A DNA stretch of 29,241 nucleotides from Patescibacteria group bacterium (GTDB lineage: Bacteria > Patescibacteriota > Minisyncoccia > Phycocordibacterales > UBA9973), in contig JAUPWJ010000036.1 of assembly GCA_030916575.1 (NCBI GenBank), positions 1-29,241 of the forward strand, read 5' to 3'. Under the pieces are notes generated by a model that made no database searches, had not been told where the DNA came from, and was given only the letters and a program-made list of their open reading frames with translations. This document shows positions 25,888 through 29,241 of this stretch, piece after piece. Each line of letters begins with the position of its first letter. The first letter of the stretch is position 1. A program made the translations under genes and the position numbers.

Positions 25888-27357
25888 ATGTCAGATTATA
25901 AAGAAATTATTAAGCTCATAGGGCAAGGTATTACACCAGAAGAGGAGAAACTCATAGAGAAAGCTTATCTTTTCGCTAAACGAGCTCATGAAGGACAAAA
26001 AAGAATGAGTGGAGAACCTTATTTTATTCACGTTGCTGCTACAGCAAAAATCTTAGCAAAACTCGGTATGGATGCAAAAACTATTGCGGCAGGACTCATG
26101 CATGATGTTCTAGAAGATACAGAAATTGAAGAAGAAGAAATGAAAAAAGAATTTGGAGATGATATTGTCTTTTTAGTTAATGGAGTAACTAAATTAGGAA
26201 CTCTAAAATATAGAGGTCATGAAAGACATATTGAAAGTCTCCGAAAATTCTTCGTGGCTATGGCCAATGACCTGCGTGTGGTCATTATTAAATTCGCAGA
26301 TAGACTTCATAACTTACAAACATTGGAACACGTGCGAGAAGATAAAAGACTACGTATTGCCTTAGAGTCAATTGAGCTTTATGCTCCACTCGCCAACCGT
26401 CTCGGTATGGGAAAACTCAAAGGAGAAATAGAAGACGCGGCTTTTCCTTATGCTTACCCAAAAGAATACGCAGAAGTAGAAGAAATAATTAAAGAAAGAA
26501 AAGATATATATCAAGAACAATTAGTAGAAGTCGAAAATGAACTCAAAAAAGAACTAGCAAAAAATAAAATTAGTGTTTCTGAAATTACTTATAGAATAAA
26601 AAATAAATACAGTTTATACAAAAAACTCAAGCGTCATAATATGGATATAGAAAAGATTTATGATATCGTGGCACTTCGTGTGGTAGTCGATACTGTAGCA
26701 GAATGTTATCAAGTACTAGGCTTAATCCACTCCATCTGGAAACCTCTCCCAGGGCGCATAAAAGACTATATAGCATTACCTAAAACCAATGGCTACCGCT
26801 CACTACACACCACAATTCTCACTAGCACAGGAGGTATTGCTGAAATACAAATTAAAACCAAAGAAATGCATGCAGAAGCAGCTTATGGTATAGCAGCTCA
26901 CTTTGCTTATAAAGAAAACGGCAATAAGGCAAATCATAATAATAATTCAAAATTTAAATGGATTGAAGAATTAAAAGAATTAAACTATACTCCCGACCAA
27001 CCAACACAATTCTTAGAACACTTAAAAATGGATTTCTTCAACGACCGTATATTTATCTTTACTCCAAATGGTGACGTTGTGGACTTACCTGAAGGTTCAA
27101 GCCCTATAGACTTTGCTTACTCTATACACTCAGACATAGGTGACCACATCTCAGCTGCAAAAGTAAATGGCAAAATGGTTCAGATACTTTCTCAACTTAA
27201 AAATGGAGATATTGTAGAAATCATAGATAAAAAAGATGCTCACCCATCTTCAAAATGGCTTGAGCATACAAAAAGCTCAATAGCTAAAAAACATATTAAA
27301 TCTTATTTAGAAAAAAATAGTCTTCTCGCAAAATTAAAATCTTACGGTAAGTGGTAA
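25888..27357 (+). CDS. RelA/SpoT homolog with HD, synthetase and TGS domains but no ZFD/ACT; likely start MSDYKE
   Basis: Motifs SGEPYFIH, MHDVLED, KFADRLHN, YRSLHTT, EIQIKT and TGS FTPNGD. GATAAT lies 6 nt before 25888. Confidence 0.93.
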   Translation: MSDYKEIIKLIGQGITPEEEKLIEKAYLFAKRAHEGQKRMSGEPYFIHVAATAKILAKLGMDAKTIAAGLMHDVLEDTEIEEEEMKKEFGDDIVFLVNGVTKLGTLKYRGHERHIESLRKFFVAMANDLRVVIIKFADRLHNLQTLEHVREDKRLRIALESIELYAPLANRLGMGKLKGEIEDAAFPYAYPKEYAEVEEIIKERKDIYQEQLVEVENELKKELAKNKISVSEITYRIKNKYSLYKKLKRHNMDIEKIYDIVALRVVVDTVAECYQVLGLIHSIWKPLPGRIKDYIALPKTNGYRSLHTTILTSTGGIAEIQIKTKEMHAEAAYGIAAHFAYKENGNKANHNNNSKFKWIEELKELNYTPDQPTQFLEHLKMDFFNDRIFIFTPNGDVVDLPEGSSPIDFAYSIHSDIGDHISAAKVNGKMVQILSQLKNGDIVEIIDKKDAHPSSKWLEHTKSSIAKKHIKSYLEKNSLLAKLKSYGKW

Positions 27358-27358
27358 A

Positions 27359-28363
27359 TTACAAACTAAAATTTGTAATATCGTAAAGTTTAGAATCGTC
27401 CTCCTTTACTTCTTCTTTACTCCTATCATCTATGGGTGTATTTTCTTGTGAAGGCGTATCAGATATGTTTTCCTCCCCTACTATCGGTGTATTTTCTGCA
27501 ATATGATTTTCTAACATATCAGTAACATTTTTTTCTATTTCTCCTTTTTTAATTTGATCTAATATTGCTCGCAAATCTTCTGTAGAAAAATAATCAATCT
27601 TTATCTGTCCTCCTGTATCTTTCCTCTCTATATGCACACGAGTACCAAGCTTGTCTTGAAGCTCTTCTTCAAGTTCAACTATTTCTGGGTCTGGCATATA
27701 CTCTTTCTTGCGAATTCTGTCGTATGCAATTTTCCTAGAAATTTTTTCTGCTTCACGCACAGTAAGTTTTCTAAAAATAATTTCTTTAAGAAGGACTATT
27801 TGCTCTTCGGGGTGGTCTGCAAGCATAAGAAGTGGACGAGTATGCCCTTCTGAAATTTTACCTTCAGAGAGAGCAGTAAGTGCATCTTCAGGTAAAGTAA
27901 GTAAACGTAAGGTATTGGAAATAGATTCGCGACTTTTACCGACTTTTTTTGCAATTTCTGCATGAGTAAATTTAAATTCATTTGCTAGGCGAAAAAATGC
28001 TCGAGCTTTATCAACTGCGTTAAGATCTTCACGCTGTAAATTCTCAAGTATAGCAAGCTCTAATTTCATAAGTGACGTATCGCCGACACGTATAATGACT
28101 GGCACTTGGGATACACCAGCTAGCTTCGCCGCACGAAGTCTTCGCTCTCCAGCAATAAGCTCATATTCAGTCATAAGTCCCCCATCTTCTTTTACGATTT
28201 CTACTCGAGATACTGTAAGAGGCTGAAGTATGCCATATTGACGCACAGATTCAGAAAGCTCAGCGAGCCTTGCTTCATCAAAATCTCGTCTTGGTTGATA
28301 AGGATTTGGTTTGATTTTATCGGTCTCTACCCAGAAGATTGAATTGGAATATAAATTTGACAT
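27359..28363 (-). CDS. parB: ParB/Spo0J partition protein
   Basis: PNPYQPR, GILQPL, ELIAGERRLRAA, ENLQREDLN, an HTH, and a low-complexity acidic tail. Confidence 0.95.
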   Translation of the reverse strand: MSNLYSNSIFWVETDKIKPNPYQPRRDFDEARLAELSESVRQYGILQPLTVSRVEIVKEDGGLMTEYELIAGERRLRAAKLAGVSQVPVIIRVGDTSLMKLELAILENLQREDLNAVDKARAFFRLANEFKFTHAEIAKKVGKSRESISNTLRLLTLPEDALTALSEGKISEGHTRPLLMLADHPEEQIVLLKEIIFRKLTVREAEKISRKIAYDRIRKKEYMPDPEIVELEEELQDKLGTRVHIERKDTGGQIKIDYFSTEDLRAILDQIKKGEIEKNVTDMLENHIAENTPIVGEENISDTPSQENTPIDDRSKEEVKEDDSKLYDITNFSL

Positions 28364-28437
28364 TGATCTATTTTAGCATAAAAAAACTTTTTATAAAATT
28401 GATTCTTGAGTAAAATTAGGTTAATATCATGTTAATT

Positions 28438-28521
28438 GCCCAGATGGCGGAATTGGTAGACGCGATGGACTCAAAATCCATTGATGGCAACATCATGAGA
28501 GTTCGATTCTCTCTCTGGGCA
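28438..28521 (+). tRNA. tRNA-Leu(CAA); CCA not encoded
   Basis: Acceptor GCCCAGA/TCTGGGC, D-loop AATTGGTA, anticodon arm ATGGA-CTCAAAA-TCCAT, long variable arm, GTTCGA. Confidence 0.96.
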
Positions 28522-28531
28522 CAATATAAAA

Positions 28532-28540
28532 TTATCCACA
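28532..28540 (+). promoter_or_regulatory. Perfect DnaA box TTATCCACA
   Basis: Exact 9-mer between tRNA-Leu and the HTH-murA promoter. Confidence 0.6.
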
Positions 28541-28554
28541 GTTTGTATTTACAA

Positions 28555-28572
28555 TATATCATATATGATATA
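28555..28572. promoter_or_regulatory. 18-bp perfect palindrome overlapping the extended -10 box; candidate operator
   Basis: TATATCATATATGATATA equals its own reverse complement; TATAAT at 28569-28574. Confidence 0.55.
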
Positions 28573-28582
28573 ATATGTATTT

Positions 28583-29241
28583 ATGGCGAATAATTCACAA
28601 AAACAAATTGGGGCTTTTATTAAAACATTACGAGAAAGAAAAGGCATTACGCAAGGAGATTTTGCTAAAATGCTTTCCACTTCTCAAAGTGCAGTAGCGA
28701 GAATGGAAAAAGGTGAGCAAAATTTCTCAACTGATTTATTAAATAAAATTAGTACTGTCCTCGGTCAGAGTATAGTATCTATAAACAACACGACAGACTT
28801 TGAAGTAAATGGGGGTAAAAAATTACACGGTAGTATTAAAACAAATTTTTCTAAAAATGGCTCAGTTGGTCTACTTTGTGCTTCCCTTCTAAATAAAGGC
28901 AAGACCACTTTACACGGTATAGCTCGTATAGAAGAAGTTTATAGAGTTATAGAAATATTGGAATCAATCGGAGTGAAAGTAAAATGGACTGCTCAAAACT
29001 CTCTTATAATTACTCCTCCTACAAAATTTAATTTAAAGAATATAAATGTTGAATCAGCAATCAAAACTCGCTCTATTGTCATGCTTATGGGTCCACTCGC
29101 CCACCATATGAATTCTTTTTCTATCCCCCATGCTCAAGGATGCAACTTGGGTAAACGCACTATATCTGCTCATACATATGCTCTTGCAGACTTAGGAATA
29201 AAAATAAAAACTACTAATAATAGTTATGAAATAAGTAGTAC
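28583..29241 (+). CDS. murA: XRE-family HTH fused to UDP-N-acetylglucosamine enolpyruvyl transferase; 3'-partial and absent from the ORF track
   Basis: HTH IKTLRERKGITQGDFAKMLSTSQSAVARMEKG, then MurA motifs VNGGKKLHGSI, SKN, RSIVMLMGPL and QGCNLGKR (catalytic Cys loop). Open to the window end. Confidence 0.9.
   Translation, partial: MANNSQKQIGAFIKTLRERKGITQGDFAKMLSTSQSAVARMEKGEQNFSTDLLNKISTVLGQSIVSINNTTDFEVNGGKKLHGSIKTNFSKNGSVGLLCASLLNKGKTTLHGIARIEEVYRVIEILESIGVKVKWTAQNSLIITPPTKFNLKNINVESAIKTRSIVMLMGPLAHHMNSFSIPHAQGCNLGKRTISAHTYALADLGIKIKTTNNSYEISS

Noticed and set aside
1032-27981. Numerous 60-140 aa ORFs antisense to or nested in real genes (e.g. 1032-1358, 8745-9086, 13157-13498, 20921-21337, 23588-23893, 27708-27965)
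   Set aside because: They fully overlap well-supported genes and show no motifs or promoters.
1-29241. Alternative genetic code 25 (TGA=Gly)
   Set aside because: Core genes translate without internal TGA, and dus ends at a TGA (18129-18131) at its expected C-terminus.

Overview
AT-rich chromosomal segment of a Patescibacteria (CPR) bacterium, probably Parcubacteria/Nomurabacteria-like; this is inferred from gene style, not from a database search. It uses genetic code 11 (TGA ends dus). Core genes are mraY-ftsW-murG (murG broken at about 142), dnaX, dus, ftsQ-like, serS, dprA, topA, a short RelA/SpoT, parB, an XRE-HTH-MurA fusion running off the right end, tRNA-Gln(TTG) and tRNA-Leu(CAA). Accessory genes are an ECF sigma with a DUF5667-like acidic-tailed partner, a ZnT9-like CDF transporter, a frameshifted DrrAB-like ABC exporter, MgtC, several hydrolases, an M23 peptidase, a sensor kinase with no ATP-binding domain plus a lone receiver, and four stand-alone orphan genes with their own promoters and terminator-like hairpins. 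The most notable signals are: (1) about 15 genes have a -10 box 6-8 nt before the ATG, implying leaderless mRNAs; (2) a palindromic, structured insert of about 90 bp is translated in frame inside dus; (3) a perfect 7+7 bp H-type pseudoknot follows the stop codon of an orphan lipoprotein; (4) an 18-bp perfect palindrome lies over the promoter of HTH-MurA; (5) several phosphorelay modules are incomplete; (6) an unannotated 53-aa Cys/His-rich protein is present; (7) the left end is probably chimeric. I saw no CRISPR array, integrase or transposase. All family assignments come from motif recognition by eye.
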